DNA of 64,000 bases from Acidimicrobiia bacterium (lineage in GTDB: Bacteria; Actinomycetota; Acidimicrobiia; Spongiisociales; ZC4RG35), in the NCBI GenBank assembly GCA_965215185.1, contig OZ244034.1, forward strand, positions 960,001 to 1,024,000, in the 5' to 3' direction. The position numbers and the translations under genes were made by a program. The notes under the pieces were generated by a model. The model saw only the letters and a program-made list of their open reading frames with translations, ran no database searches and was not told where the DNA came from. Positions 51,821 to 63,229 of the stretch are shown piece by piece; the stretch's first letter is position 1, and the number at the start of each line of letters is the position of its first letter.

Positions 51821-52671
51821 ACCAACCAAAACGACACCCCAAGCACCAACCACCAGGAGAGAAGTTCGGGTTCTCCGTGTGTATCGCCATGCCACACGGG
51901 TCCGACGGTGGGGTGAACGATCTGCCCGGGACATATAGGGCTGGGGGGTTCTTGGACTGTCCGGTCTAGGTTCCTCCTTATCTAGGGATCAAAGATGACC
52001 CTCTCCTTGATGGACGGCTCTCCAGTGTGCCGGGGCCCCGCCATCTCTCATCAGAAACATAGTTCTTCGTTGTCAGTTTCCAATGTGGGCGCATCAACAG
52101 CATTGGCACGACAAGCCGAGGGCATGGTGGGGAGTATTGGGTGTGGAGTTGATGGCATGAGGATGGCGAGAGGTCACAGAGGAAGCGGTAAGCGCTGATC
52201 GTGTGGAGGAAAAAGCCGAAACTTCGGCTCCCAGTTTGGCGTTTCCGCAGGGTTCCAAATGTGGAGCATCTTGCTTTCAAATATGGAGCCCCCTCGAAAA
52301 CCCCTATTAAGCCGCAGATCAGGGGTGGTCGCTCATACCCCACATTGTTTCATCCTGTTTCATGATGTGTCATACCGCACTAAAAGCCCAGGACAAAGAC
52401 CAACCTTTTAGAGTCAGAGGCCTTGAAGTATGGCCCCTTTGACTTCCTTGACTTTCCTGAATGCTTCTGTTGGCACACCAGCCGGTTCTGCGGCGGGTTA
52501 GACCTTGTCCCGGTCGAGGACGCCATGAGTTTGAGGGTTTCCTGAGAGACTCTATGGGATCTGGTTCCTTATGGGGTTAGGCGGTTTGGCTTGGTGCAAT
52601 GAGTGGAAGTGCCCAGGACAGCAATCGGGGAATGGAGACCGGGACCTGTTGCGACGGTAATGTGCTGATGC

Positions 52672-53172
52672 ATGAGTGAGACCTTCGAACGTGTCCTCGG
52701 TCTGCGGGCCATCCGTCATTTCCAGGACCGTCCGGTCGAGCGGGAAGACCTCGAGCGGGTGTTAGAGGCAGGCAGGTGGACGGGCAGCTCGAAGAACCGC
52801 CAGAACTGGTCGGTGGTGGTCATCCGCGATCGGGAGCAGATTGAGCGGCTGGCCGGGTGCGGGGACTTTACCAAGCCTGTGCGGGTGGCGCCGGTGGCGC
52901 TTGCCCTCGTCCAGGAGCCGGAGACCTACGAATTCGACACAGGACGCTTGGCGCAGAACATCATGTTGGCGGCCGACGCTCTGGGCATGGCCACCTGCCC
53001 CATCACCCTTCACCGGGACCAGGACGCGGCTCGGGTCCTCGGGTTGCCGCCGGGGTGGCGGTGCCGCTACGCCATCGCGCTCGGATACCCCGCCCCCAAC
53101 GCCCGCCCGGCCCGGTTCGGGGGTCGCAAACCCATCGACGAAATCCTTCATCGGGACTCGTTCGGCCAATGA
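52672..53172 (+). CDS. Nitroreductase family protein
   Basis: RAIRHF, SSKNRQNW, QNIMLAA, LGYP. Confidence 0.88.
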   Translation: MSETFERVLGLRAIRHFQDRPVEREDLERVLEAGRWTGSSKNRQNWSVVVIRDREQIERLAGCGDFTKPVRVAPVALALVQEPETYEFDTGRLAQNIMLAADALGMATCPITLHRDQDAARVLGLPPGWRCRYAIALGYPAPNARPARFGGRKPIDEILHRDSFGQ

Positions 53173-54827
53173 CCGCAACCGCTGTCCCGCTGGCCGACGA
53201 GTACTGGGAGTTCCGGCTCGAACACTGCCAGTTCGCCAATCTCGCCCTCGGCGAGTTGAGCCGCCTGGAGCAGTGGGACGATCTCTCGGCGGAGGGAATT
53301 GCGGCCTCCAGGGAGGCTTTCCTCCGGTTCGCCCGCAGTGCGGCCCACGTGGCCGTGGGGGAGGCGTCCGACCGGATACTCGCAGAGACGGTCGCCGCGG
53401 CCGCCTTCATGGATGCGACCGTGACGGTGTGGTGGCCACAACTGCAGGCAGCCAACTCGCAGACCGGGCTGCTGAGCCTGCTGCTTCCGGCGCTCCACCT
53501 CCAGCCGCTGGTCACCGCCGACCACGGCCGCCGGTATCTGGACAAGCTGGGTCGGTTCCCGGGGATGATCGACCAGTTGGTCGACAGGCTGGTGGAAGGC
53601 GCCGCCACCGGAGTTGTCCCCCTCGCCCGCCATGTGCGACAGACCATCGGGCAGCTTGACCTGGTTCTCGCCCGGCCACCGGGCGACGACCCGATCGCCA
53701 CCCAGCCCGCTCCCACCGAACTCGGCCCGGTGGAGGCCTCCCGATGGCGGGCCGCGCTGGTGGAAGGGATCGAGACCGGTGTGCGTCCCGGCCTGGCCAG
53801 CTTCCAGGAGGCATTGCGCGAGGTGACCCTCCCCGCTGGACGCCTCGATAACCAGGCCGGGCTCTGCCATCTCCCCGGCGGTGACGCGGTGTACGGTGAC
53901 ATGGTCAGGGGCCACACGACCCTGGACCTGGAACCAGAGGCGATACACGAGCTAGGCCTGGAGAGAATCGCGTTACTGGAGGACGAGTACCGGCGTATCG
54001 CCGGACCGCTGCTCGGCACCGACGAGGTCACCGACATATACGGCCGCCTGCGCGACGATCCGCAGCTGCGATACACTCGCTCCGAGGATCTGGTGGCGGA
54101 CGCGCTCCGATACCTTGACAAGGCCGCCGCGGCGATGGGCGAATGGTTCGACCCCACCCCCCGGGCGCCCTGCCTGGCCAGCCCCATCGACTTGGGGGCC
54201 ATGGCCTACTACTACCCGCCCACTGCCGACGGTGTGCGACCGGGCCACTTCTTTTTCAACGTCTCCGATCCGACTGCCTGGACCACGTTCCAGGTTCCCG
54301 AGGTGGCCTATCACGAGGGCATCCCGGGTCACCACCTCCAGATGGCCCTGGCCATCGAGAACACCGATATCCACGACATCCACCGCAACTGTTACCTGCC
54401 GGCCTTCGGCGAAGGATGGGGTCTGTACAGTGAGCGGCTCTCCGACGAGATGGGCCTGTACGCGGACGACTGGGAGCGGGTCGGGATGCTCAGCGCCGAC
54501 TCACTGCGGGCTGGGCGGCTGGTCGTGGACACCGGCATCCACGCCCTGGGCTGGTCGCGCAGCAAGGCCGTCGGGTTCCTGGCCGACCACTCGCCCATGT
54601 CGCTTCACGGAATCACCGAGGAGATCGACCGGTACATCGCCTGCCCCGGCCAAGCCCTCTCCTACATGCTCGGCCGCCTCGAAATTGAGGCCCTGCGGGC
54701 CGAGGCCGAAGCCCGACTAGGCGCGGCCTTTGACATCAGGAGCTTCCACAGAACCGTCCTCGGCAACGGCTCGGTCTCACTGAGCAGCCTCCGTTCGATG
54801 GTCGGGGAGTGGTTGGACTCCAGCTGA
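53169..54827 (+). CDS. DUF885 family protein (putative metallopeptidase)
   Basis: HEGIPGHHLQ, EGWGLYSE, DTGIH, PGQALSY; ATGA overlap. Confidence 0.9.
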   Translation: MTATAVPLADEYWEFRLEHCQFANLALGELSRLEQWDDLSAEGIAASREAFLRFARSAAHVAVGEASDRILAETVAAAAFMDATVTVWWPQLQAANSQTGLLSLLLPALHLQPLVTADHGRRYLDKLGRFPGMIDQLVDRLVEGAATGVVPLARHVRQTIGQLDLVLARPPGDDPIATQPAPTELGPVEASRWRAALVEGIETGVRPGLASFQEALREVTLPAGRLDNQAGLCHLPGGDAVYGDMVRGHTTLDLEPEAIHELGLERIALLEDEYRRIAGPLLGTDEVTDIYGRLRDDPQLRYTRSEDLVADALRYLDKAAAAMGEWFDPTPRAPCLASPIDLGAMAYYYPPTADGVRPGHFFFNVSDPTAWTTFQVPEVAYHEGIPGHHLQMALAIENTDIHDIHRNCYLPAFGEGWGLYSERLSDEMGLYADDWERVGMLSADSLRAGRLVVDTGIHALGWSRSKAVGFLADHSPMSLHGITEEIDRYIACPGQALSYMLGRLEIEALRAEAEARLGAAFDIRSFHRTVLGNGSVSLSSLRSMVGEWLDSS

Positions 54828-55013
54828 CACCACTGCCTGTGTGGTTTGATCCGGTTTAGGTAATCGTCATCAATGAGGAGTTACTGGAACCTGACAACCA
54901 TCATCACTTCCCACCAGTTTTCCGGGGAGCGTATTTGACCCTGTCGTTCGCCTTCGTGGTACCGGGGAACTGACTGGCAGCAAAAGCAGATCGCCAGAGG
55001 TTTGGAGACCGGG

Positions 55014-56000
55014 TTAGGTTCGGCTTAGCGCCTCCGGGTTGACGACGTTTTGGGGGCGTCCCTGCAAGAAAGCGATCACGTTGTCGACGGCACCCTCATT
55101 CAGCAGATCGATTCCCTCCGGTGTCTGGTCGGCTAGGTGTGGGGTCAGCACCACCTGCTCGCACCCCAGTATGGGGTCGTCCGCGGGCAGGGGCTCGACG
55201 TCGTAGACGTCCAGGGCCGCTCCCGCGAGATGGCCGGAATGCAAGGCCCGCACGAGTGCGTTCTTCTCGACAAGCGCCCCCCGTCCTCCGTTCACCAGAA
55301 GCGCCCCGGGCTTCATGAGCCAGATCTCGCGCTCGCCTATCATCCCGCGAGTCTCGTCGGTCAGCGCAACATGGAGGCTCACCACGTCCGCGGTGGTCAG
55401 AAGCTCATCGAGTGCGACGTAGCGGACTCCCAGCCGCCGTGCCCGTTCGTCCGACGGGTGGAACGTCCATGCCACCACGTCCATCCCAAGCGCGTTGGCC
55501 AGTCTCGCCATCTCAGAACCTATATTCCCGGTGCCGACGACGCCGAGGGTCTTGCCCTGCAGATAGACGTTCTCCCTGCGAGTCCAACGGCCGGACTTCA
55601 GCTCAATCGTCTGGAATGCAGCCCTCTTCGCGGCCGCGAACATGAGGCCGAAGATGTGTTCAGCGACCACCCCGGCAGTCCGTCCGGGCAGGTTGCTCAC
55701 GACCACTCCCATCTCTGACGCCGCCGCCAGATCGATGCTATCGGTTCCGATGGCGCACACCGATATGAGACGCAGCTTCGGCAGCGAGCCCAACATCTCC
55801 GCTCGCCACGTAACCGCCCCGCGCGTGTTGATAATCACCACCGCGTCCCTGGCCCGCTCTACCTTCTGTGCATCGGTGGGGCGGTCTGCGTACACGATCA
55901 CCTCTCCGAACGGCGCCAGACGATCGAGGTGGGGAGAGCCCTGGATCTGTACCGGCTCGTCGCCGGGGACGACAATGGTGAAACGTCCTTCGAAGCTCAT
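55014..56000 (-). CDS. D-2-hydroxyacid dehydrogenase
   Basis: GTGNIG, NGGRG, DVYDVEP, TPH. Confidence 0.9.
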   Translation of the reverse strand: MSFEGRFTIVVPGDEPVQIQGSPHLDRLAPFGEVIVYADRPTDAQKVERARDAVVIINTRGAVTWRAEMLGSLPKLRLISVCAIGTDSIDLAAASEMGVVVSNLPGRTAGVVAEHIFGLMFAAAKRAAFQTIELKSGRWTRRENVYLQGKTLGVVGTGNIGSEMARLANALGMDVVAWTFHPSDERARRLGVRYVALDELLTTADVVSLHVALTDETRGMIGEREIWLMKPGALLVNGGRGALVEKNALVRALHSGHLAGAALDVYDVEPLPADDPILGCEQVVLTPHLADQTPEGIDLLNEGAVDNVIAFLQGRPQNVVNPEALSRT

Positions 56001-56490
56001 TCCAATTCTCCGTTTTTGCTCCACTTCACTTGGGAGCCTCCGGTCGGCAGACTATCGTCACGTCCGCCGAAAAGTCAAGGCGGCACATCGCGGCAAGATC
56101 CGGCCCGGGGTATTATCCGGGCCGCCAATCCGTATCGGAAGGAGATCACACTTTGGAACTGGACCTTCGGACCTCAACTATCCTGTGGTCATTGCAGCCG
56201 TCGTCAACATGTTCGAGAGTGGTGCGAGGAGCAAGCCGAGCAACGCCGCTCTCAAGCCAAAAACTGCGCTAGTTCTTGAGATCTCAATCTCCTCCTAGAA
56301 CGCGCTCCACGGTTCGGGTTCGGCACTTCCTTCGCCCCAGCGTAAGAGATCGATTAGGTGCTGTGAGTGCCCACGGACCCATCCCTTTGGCTAAACGCCC
56401 GCAATCGACATTTTAAAAGCCGCCCCTCCCCAGGTAACCGCACAAGTGAGGGTTACGATAGTTTCTGTCAACCAAATGGAAGGGGCGACA

Positions 56491-58200
56491 ATGAACCTGC
56501 TCAAAAACAGAGTAACCCTTGGCATCGTATTGCTTTTAACTCTGTCGCTGATTGCGGCGGCGTGCGGAGGCGATGATGAGGACACTGCCACCACTGTGGC
56601 GGCTCAGGTAACTCCCACCACTGCCGCTGCCACTACGACAACGGCGGCGCCAGCCGAAGAGGCGCCAGCGCCGGACGACGACATGGCCGACGACGACATG
56701 GCCGACGAGGATATGGCCGACGACGACATGATGGAAGAGGATGCGGATGGTCCCAAGTACGGAGGCGACCTGGTCTTCGCCCGTAACAGGGACAACACCA
56801 CCCTCGATCCCGGAGCCGCGGTTGAGACCGACACCATCTATGTCCTAGACCACATTTTCGAGACGCTGTTTGCCACCAGCGACGATGGCGCCAGCGTGGA
56901 GCCTTGGCTAGCCAGTGGCTCCGAAATCTCCGACGACGGCAAGACCTGGACCGTTACCTTGCGGCAAGGGGTCCTGTTCTCCAACGGCCAGCCGATGACG
57001 TCGACCGATGTGCAGTTCTCTATACAGCGCGCTATTGACGAGGCGGCGTTCGGCTTCCTGCTCTCTGCCATAGAGTCGATCGAGACTCCCGACGACAGTA
57101 CGGTCATCTTCACCACGAGTTTCCCATGGGCGCCGTTCCTCGCCGATCTTTCGGTGTGGGCGGCCGGGATCATGCCCGCCGACTTCGGAGGCATGAGCGC
57201 CGAAGAGTTCTTCGAGAACCCGATCGGCACCGGTCCCTTCATCTTCGACGAATGGGCCCCTGGCGAGTACATCCGGTTGGTAAAGAACCCGAACTACTGG
57301 CAGGAAGGAAAGCCCTACGTGGATAGCGTCACCTGGACCCAGGTTCCGGACGAGAACACCCGCATTCTCCAGTTAGAGGGTGGCCAGGCGCACATAGCCC
57401 AAGGGGTGCCGCTCAACCTGTTGGACTCACTGAACGAGCGGGACAATATAACGGCGGCCACCTTCCCGGCGACCACCGTTTACTGGGTCAGCTTCAACAC
57501 GACCATCGCACCGTTCGATGACGTGCATGTCAGGCGGGCAATCGCCCACGCCATCGATCAGGACGCCATAGCCAACGCTGCGCTGTACGGTCACGGCGGC
57601 CCGGCATGCTCTGTCATCTCCCCGGCTGTGCCCTATCACGATCCCAACACTCCCTGCCTGGAGAGCGACATGGATGCGGCCAGGGCCGAACTGGCGCAGT
57701 CGAGCGTGCCGGATGGCTTCACCGCCGAATACCTGGTTGGAGATCAATCGCCGAACCTGCCCATAGTGGAGATCATCCAGGGGCAACTGGCGCCGCTAGG
57801 TATCGACATAGTCATTCGGTCCATCGATCCGGGCCAGTTGTACTCCACCGTGTCTTCCTTCGACTACGACATAGCGTTCACCGGTTGGACGATGGACATT
57901 CCCGATCCAGACCAGAAGATCTCCTTCATGTTCGATCCGGAACTGGGTGGAGGCGACTCCTACAGCACCGGCTACAACAACCCGGAGATGATCGAACTGG
58001 TGAGAGCCGGCCAGCAAACGTTTGATTCCGACGCTCGAGCCCAGGTCTACGCAGACATTCAGGCGCTCAACGCCCAAGAGGTGCCGTTCATCCCCTTGGT
58101 GGTGCTGGATGCGCCCTTCGCCTGGCGTGACGAGGTCAGGGGCCTGTTGGTGAACCCGGTAGGAAAGAGGCACTTGGAGAACGTCTGGCTCGATCAGTAA
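56491..58200 (+). CDS. Dpp/Opp-family ABC substrate-binding lipoprotein
   Basis: IAAAC lipobox, PKYGG, FSNG, PIGTGPF. Confidence 0.92.
   Translation: MNLLKNRVTLGIVLLLTLSLIAAACGGDDEDTATTVAAQVTPTTAAATTTTAAPAEEAPAPDDDMADDDMADEDMADDDMMEEDADGPKYGGDLVFARNRDNTTLDPGAAVETDTIYVLDHIFETLFATSDDGASVEPWLASGSEISDDGKTWTVTLRQGVLFSNGQPMTSTDVQFSIQRAIDEAAFGFLLSAIESIETPDDSTVIFTTSFPWAPFLADLSVWAAGIMPADFGGMSAEEFFENPIGTGPFIFDEWAPGEYIRLVKNPNYWQEGKPYVDSVTWTQVPDENTRILQLEGGQAHIAQGVPLNLLDSLNERDNITAATFPATTVYWVSFNTTIAPFDDVHVRRAIAHAIDQDAIANAALYGHGGPACSVISPAVPYHDPNTPCLESDMDAARAELAQSSVPDGFTAEYLVGDQSPNLPIVEIIQGQLAPLGIDIVIRSIDPGQLYSTVSSFDYDIAFTGWTMDIPDPDQKISFMFDPELGGGDSYSTGYNNPEMIELVRAGQQTFDSDARAQVYADIQALNAQEVPFIPLVVLDAPFAWRDEVRGLLVNPVGKRHLENVWLDQ
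56674..56733 (+). repeat. 15-bp repeat x4 encoding DDDMA-type units
   Basis: GACGACGACATGGCC units. Confidence 0.85.
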
Positions 58201-58229
58201 CGCCAGTGGTGTAGCAGGCGGCGTGGAAG

Positions 58230-59168
58230 ATGGCCCTCCGGTACTTCCTCCGCCGCCTGCTCAGAATGATCCCGGTGATCGTGGGGATGACGATCATCGT
58301 CTTTTTCATGATCCACCTGGTGCCCGGGGATCCGGCCCGAACCCTGCTCGGACCCCGGGCGCCGGCCGAGGTGATCGAAGCGTTCAACCAGCGGTGGGGC
58401 TTCCACCGTCCCTTGCACGAACAGTTCCTTTCGTTCCTGGGGGGCCTTCTGCAGGGAGATCTGGGCACCTCTCTCAGCTACAACGTCCCGACCACCGAAC
58501 TGGTGTCGGGCCGCTTTACCCCCACCCTGTTGCTCTTGGTCGTCGGTGGGCTGTTCGCCATGGTGATCTCCCTCCCGCTGGCCGTCGCCGCGGCTCTCAG
58601 GGAGGAACGAACGCCGGATCACGTCGTGCGGGTCATCCCGATGGTGGGTCTTGGGCTGCCGGCCTTCTGGGTGGGCATCATCCTTCTGGCGTTTGTCGCT
58701 CTGCGGATCGACTGGCTTCCGGTCGGCGGGTACGGCACGACCTGGCCGGACCGCCTCATCGCCATGATCCTGCCCGGGTTGACCGTGGCGATCGGCATCG
58801 CGCCGTTCACCATCCGAAGCCTCCGTTCGTCCCTGATCGAGGTGATGGAGGCCGACTACATAGCAACGGCGCGCGCCAAGGGTCTGGGCGGCGGTCGGGT
58901 CCTTTGGGCACACGGGCTGCGCAACGCCGTGATTCCCACCGTCACCGTGCTGGCCGTCAACCTCGGCTGGCTGGTGGGCAACACCCTGATCGTGGAAAAG
59001 GTGTTCGCCATTCCCGGCCTGGGCGCCTTGATGATCGACGCCGTCCTGGAACGTGACTTTGCGGTTGTCCAGGGGCTGGCGCTCATATTCGGGCTGTTGG
59101 TGGTGCTGGTGAACCTGCTGGCCGATATGGTGCGGGCGGCGCTCGACCCCAGGGTCCAGCTGTCATGA
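58230..59168 (+). CDS. ABC peptide permease (DppB-like)
   Basis: PGDPA, TARAKG, IPGLG, DPR. Confidence 0.92.
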   Translation: MALRYFLRRLLRMIPVIVGMTIIVFFMIHLVPGDPARTLLGPRAPAEVIEAFNQRWGFHRPLHEQFLSFLGGLLQGDLGTSLSYNVPTTELVSGRFTPTLLLLVVGGLFAMVISLPLAVAAALREERTPDHVVRVIPMVGLGLPAFWVGIILLAFVALRIDWLPVGGYGTTWPDRLIAMILPGLTVAIGIAPFTIRSLRSSLIEVMEADYIATARAKGLGGGRVLWAHGLRNAVIPTVTVLAVNLGWLVGNTLIVEKVFAIPGLGALMIDAVLERDFAVVQGLALIFGLLVVLVNLLADMVRAALDPRVQLS

Positions 59169-60010
59169 CCGCCCCTTCCCGGTCCAAGTCTCCCAAATTC
59201 GCCATCCGGGGGAGGCGTTCCCGTTCTCTCATCATCGGGTCGAGCCTTCTGAGCGTGATGGTGGCCGCCGCCGTACTGGCGCCCTGGCTGACCCCCTACG
59301 ATCCCATCGCCCTGGATCTGAACTCAACCCTTCAGCCTTCTTCGCTCGACCATCTGCTGGGCACCGATCACCTGGGCCGGGATGTGTGGACACGCCTTTT
59401 GTATGCGGCGCGAATCGACCTTCTGATCGGTGTCGGAGCGGTGATAACCCCGTTCGTGACAGGGACGCTCCTCGGAGCATTGGCCGGCTACTACGGCGGA
59501 AAGGTCGACCTGGTGGTCTCCGCCGCCACCGACATGCTGATGGCCTTCCCCTATTACGTGCTGATCATCGCCCTGGTGTTCTCTCTCGGACCCGGCATCC
59601 CGTCCATCTTCATCGCCATGGCGGTAGTGGCGTGGGTGTCTTATGCCCGGATCGTACGAGGGGAGGTGCTTATCGCCCGCGGCCAAGAATACGTCCTGGC
59701 CGCCAAGACCCTTGGATATAGAGATCTGCGCATCATCATCCGCCATATCCTCCCCAATGTGATCACCCAGCCGGTGACCTATGCCATGTCGGATATCGTG
59801 GTGATCATCGTGGGTGTCGTCACCCTCAGTTACCTGGGCCTCGGCGTTCCCCCGCCCACCGCCGACTGGGGATCGATGATCGCCTCGGGACAAGTGTTTT
59901 TAACCACCCATTGGCAGCTGTCGACCATTCCGGGTTTGGCGGTGGTAATCGTCGGATTGGCCTTTTCGCTAATCGGTGACGGGCTGACTCATAGGCTGCG
60001 TCCCGAGTGA
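59165..60010 (+). CDS. ABC peptide permease (DppC-like)
   Basis: LGTDHLGRD, EYVLAA, LSYLGLG. Confidence 0.92.
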   Translation: MTAPSRSKSPKFAIRGRRSRSLIIGSSLLSVMVAAAVLAPWLTPYDPIALDLNSTLQPSSLDHLLGTDHLGRDVWTRLLYAARIDLLIGVGAVITPFVTGTLLGALAGYYGGKVDLVVSAATDMLMAFPYYVLIIALVFSLGPGIPSIFIAMAVVAWVSYARIVRGEVLIARGQEYVLAAKTLGYRDLRIIIRHILPNVITQPVTYAMSDIVVIIVGVVTLSYLGLGVPPPTADWGSMIASGQVFLTTHWQLSTIPGLAVVIVGLAFSLIGDGLTHRLRPE

Positions 60011-61002
60011 GCGACACTGTTCTCGACGTACGGGATCTACAGGTGAGACTCTCGTCGCCGCGCGGCGTGGTGCACGCCGTCCGAGGTGTGTCATTTGGCG
60101 TCGAAGCCGGACACACCCACGGCATCGTTGGTGAATCGGGCAGCGGAAAAACGACTCTGCTGCGCGCGATATTGGGGCTGTTGCCCAGCAATGCCGTGCC
60201 CAGCGGCGCCATCACTGTCTCCGGCCACCGCATCCCATTGGTTGGTGGCCGCACCAAGGCGGTCGACGGGGTCAGCATCGTATTCCAAGAGCCGATGACG
60301 GCGCTCAACCCGGTGGTCAGGGTGGGTTTGCAAATCGCCGAAGCTCCCCGTTTCAAGCTGGGCCTGGGACGCAAAGGCGCCCGGGAACGGGCCCTGGAAC
60401 TCATGCGCCAGGTTGGGATCCCCGATCCTGCTCGCCGGTTCGACGCCTATCCCCACGAACTGTCAGGGGGGTTGCGCCAGCGGGTACTGATCGCTATTGC
60501 GCTTTCGGCAAAGCCCAAGATCATTCTTTGCGATGAGCCCACCACCGCGCTGGATGTGACCGTCCAGGATCAGATTCTGAAGCTCTTTCGCCGAATCTCC
60601 GAAGGGACGGGGGTGGCGATTGTCTATGTAACGCACGACCTGGCGGTAGTGGCCCAGACCTGTCGAACGGTCTCGGTGATGTATGGCGGGCAATTCCTTG
60701 AGTCCGGAACCATCGATCAGGTATTCGGACACCCGCGTCATCCATACACCCTTGGTCTGCTCGGCGCGGTTCCCGATGTCAGCCGTGGCCGGACTCCACT
60801 CGTCGCCATACCTGGATCACCGCCCGATCTGGTAAGCCCCGGTGAAGGTTGTCCATTCCGACCGCGCTGCTCGTATGCCCAAGCGGAGTGCGCCGACGGG
60901 CTGTTTCCTCTGAAACGCCTGCACCGCAATCAGTCGACTGCCTGTATACGTCATGATGCGCTGTCTATTCATGCGCCTGTCCCGGAATCGGAAGCATCGT
61001 GA
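60007..61002 (+). CDS. ABC ATP-binding protein (DppD-like)
   Basis: [24 protein letters not shown]. Confidence 0.92.
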   Translation: MSDTVLDVRDLQVRLSSPRGVVHAVRGVSFGVEAGHTHGIVGESGSGKTTLLRAILGLLPSNAVPSGAITVSGHRIPLVGGRTKAVDGVSIVFQEPMTALNPVVRVGLQIAEAPRFKLGLGRKGARERALELMRQVGIPDPARRFDAYPHELSGGLRQRVLIAIALSAKPKIILCDEPTTALDVTVQDQILKLFRRISEGTGVAIVYVTHDLAVVAQTCRTVSVMYGGQFLESGTIDQVFGHPRHPYTLGLLGAVPDVSRGRTPLVAIPGSPPDLVSPGEGCPFRPRCSYAQAECADGLFPLKRLHRNQSTACIRHDALSIHAPVPESEAS

Positions 61003-62033
61003 CCGTCCAGCCGATACTCCAAGCGCGTGGCTTGGCCAAGATGTTTTATTCAAGACGCTCTCTGGGGAATGTCATTTTCCGCAGACCGGTGGAGAAGTTG
61101 AGGGCCTTGGAAGGTGTGAGTTTCCAAGTCGCCTCAGGGGAGAGCCTGGGTATCGTTGGTGAATCGGGATGTGGCAAATCCACGCTGGCCCGTTGCCTGG
61201 TTGGACTGTATGAACCGACGTCCGGACAGACGATCTACCAAGGGCGAACGCTTGAGGCGAAACGGTCCCTGTCTGACCGCCGGAAGATTCAGATCGTATT
61301 CCAGGATCCCTACTCCTCGCTCAACGCCCGGATGACAGTTGGACAAGCCCTCCGCGAGGTGCTCCGAGTGCACGGGGTTGTCCCGAAGGATCAGGTGGCC
61401 ACCCGGGCGGTGGAGTTGCTGGATTTGGTGGGTCTGGATTCGGATATCGCCAATGTTTACCCCCGCCAACTGTCGGGAGGTCAACGACAACGAGTGAGCA
61501 TCGCCCGCGCCCTGGCACTGGAGCCCGAGGTGCTGATTGCGGACGAGCCGGTATCGGCGTTGGACGTGTCAATCCAAGCCACCGTCCTCAACCTTTTGGC
61601 GTCGCTTCGAGAGCGCCTTGGCTTGACGCTGATCCTCATCGCCCATGACCTGAGTGTGGTGAGGTATCTATGTGACCGGGTGGCTGTCATCTACATGGGC
61701 CGGATTGTGGAGATTGCGCCCACCGAGGACCTTTTTGAAAACCCACGACATCCCTATACGCAGGCGCTGTTGGCAGCCGCGCCCAGCTTGGAGAGAAGAA
61801 CCCAAGACGATGCCCGGGCAATCGGTGGTGATCCTCCCAGTCCTTTTGACCTGCCGGAAGGGTGCCGGTTTCACCCCCGGTGTCCCCACGCCACCGATCA
61901 CTGCGCCACGGTCCATCCACCACTCGAGAAAGGACCGTTTGGCTCACTTCATCTGGCCGCCTGTCATTACGCATGGCAGGCGCCGGCGACTCACCACACC
62001 CCTTTGTCTCGAAGAGAGGAGAACATTCGATGA
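60999..62033 (+). CDS. ABC ATP-binding protein (DppF-like)
   Basis: [24 protein letters not shown]. Confidence 0.92.
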   Translation: MTVQPILQARGLAKMFYSRRSLGNVIFRRPVEKLRALEGVSFQVASGESLGIVGESGCGKSTLARCLVGLYEPTSGQTIYQGRTLEAKRSLSDRRKIQIVFQDPYSSLNARMTVGQALREVLRVHGVVPKDQVATRAVELLDLVGLDSDIANVYPRQLSGGQRQRVSIARALALEPEVLIADEPVSALDVSIQATVLNLLASLRERLGLTLILIAHDLSVVRYLCDRVAVIYMGRIVEIAPTEDLFENPRHPYTQALLAAAPSLERRTQDDARAIGGDPPSPFDLPEGCRFHPRCPHATDHCATVHPPLEKGPFGSLHLAACHYAWQAPATHHTPLSRREENIR

Positions 62034-63226
62034 GCGAAACGTTATTGCGAGGAAGGCAGGTGCTCACCGGAGGGGACGAACCGCCCATTCCCAACGGCGG
62101 CATTCGAGTCCGCGGATCGAAGATTGTGGCTGTCGGGCCGGCGGATGACATCCGGGACCCCGAAGACGAGGTATTCGATTTCGGTGAGGCAACTCTTCTC
62201 CCGGGGCTCATCGATTGCCATGAGCACCTTTCCGGGCACGATCGTTACGCGATCGGCGATCCGAGTGTGGTGGAGCCGGCCATGATGTACGCCCTGGTTG
62301 GCGCCTACCACGCCAGACGGCTTGTAAAGATCGGGGTCACCACCGCCCGGATCCCCGGAGCTCCGGGCCACATCGATTTGATGATCCGCCGCGGCATTCA
62401 AGAGGGTTACCTTCTCGGCCCGAAGATGGTATGTGCGGGGGAGCTCGTTGTCATGACCGGCGGACATGGCTCCATGTGGGGAGCGGAGGTGGACGGTCCA
62501 TGGGAAGCCCGGAAAGCCGCCCGGGCCCAGCTCAAGGCTGGAGCTGATTTCGTGAAGATTGTCGCCTCGGGCGGAGTAGGGATCACCCGGGTCGGGGAAC
62601 GTCCCTCGCAGCCGGAGTTGTCGGTGGTGGAGATGGCCGCAGCCGCGGACGCAGTGCATTCCGCCGACCGCCGGATCACCGCTCACGCCGACGGCGTTCC
62701 CGGAATCTCCAACGCCTTGGAGGCCGGAGTGGATTGCATCGAGCACGGCATCTACCTCAATGCGGATCACGCCAAGTTCATGGCGGACAACGGCGTTGCC
62801 CTGGTGCCCACCCTCTCCACCATGCAGGGCATCTATCACCATGGCCTGGAGTACGGGATGCCCGAGATCTGGATCCCCATTGCAGAAGCGATCCTTGAAC
62901 CTCACCTTGAATCTTTCCGGCACGCCCTCGATGCCGGGGTTCACTTCGCCACCGGCACCGATGGATTCGGCGACATCGTTGACGAAATGATTCTGTTTAC
63001 CACCTTCGGGCTAAGCAACTATCGAGCCCTTCAGTCGGCCACCCGTGATGCCGCCTTGGTCATCTCGCCACATCCGGACTTCGGGGTTCTTGAAGCAGGC
63101 ATGGCCGCGGACGTCATCGCCGTGGATGGTGATCCGATGGATGATCTGGAGGCTCTGCGGTCGGTCCGGTTTGTAATGATCGACGGAGAGGTGTTGCTCT
63201 CCGAGGGTTCAGTAAGAGAGGATTGA
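62030..63226 (+). CDS. Metal-dependent amidohydrolase (Xaa-Pro dipeptidase-like)
   Basis: PGLIDCHEH, TGGHG, VKI, AHA, IEHG, GTD. Confidence 0.88.
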   Translation: MSETLLRGRQVLTGGDEPPIPNGGIRVRGSKIVAVGPADDIRDPEDEVFDFGEATLLPGLIDCHEHLSGHDRYAIGDPSVVEPAMMYALVGAYHARRLVKIGVTTARIPGAPGHIDLMIRRGIQEGYLLGPKMVCAGELVVMTGGHGSMWGAEVDGPWEARKAARAQLKAGADFVKIVASGGVGITRVGERPSQPELSVVEMAAAADAVHSADRRITAHADGVPGISNALEAGVDCIEHGIYLNADHAKFMADNGVALVPTLSTMQGIYHHGLEYGMPEIWIPIAEAILEPHLESFRHALDAGVHFATGTDGFGDIVDEMILFTTFGLSNYRALQSATRDAALVISPHPDFGVLEAGMAADVIAVDGDPMDDLEALRSVRFVMIDGEVLLSEGSVRED

Positions 63227-63229
63227 ACA

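Noticed and set aside
52255-52275. GGAGCATC as another IS110 end
   Set aside because: Lacks the upstream ATA and GATTTG context
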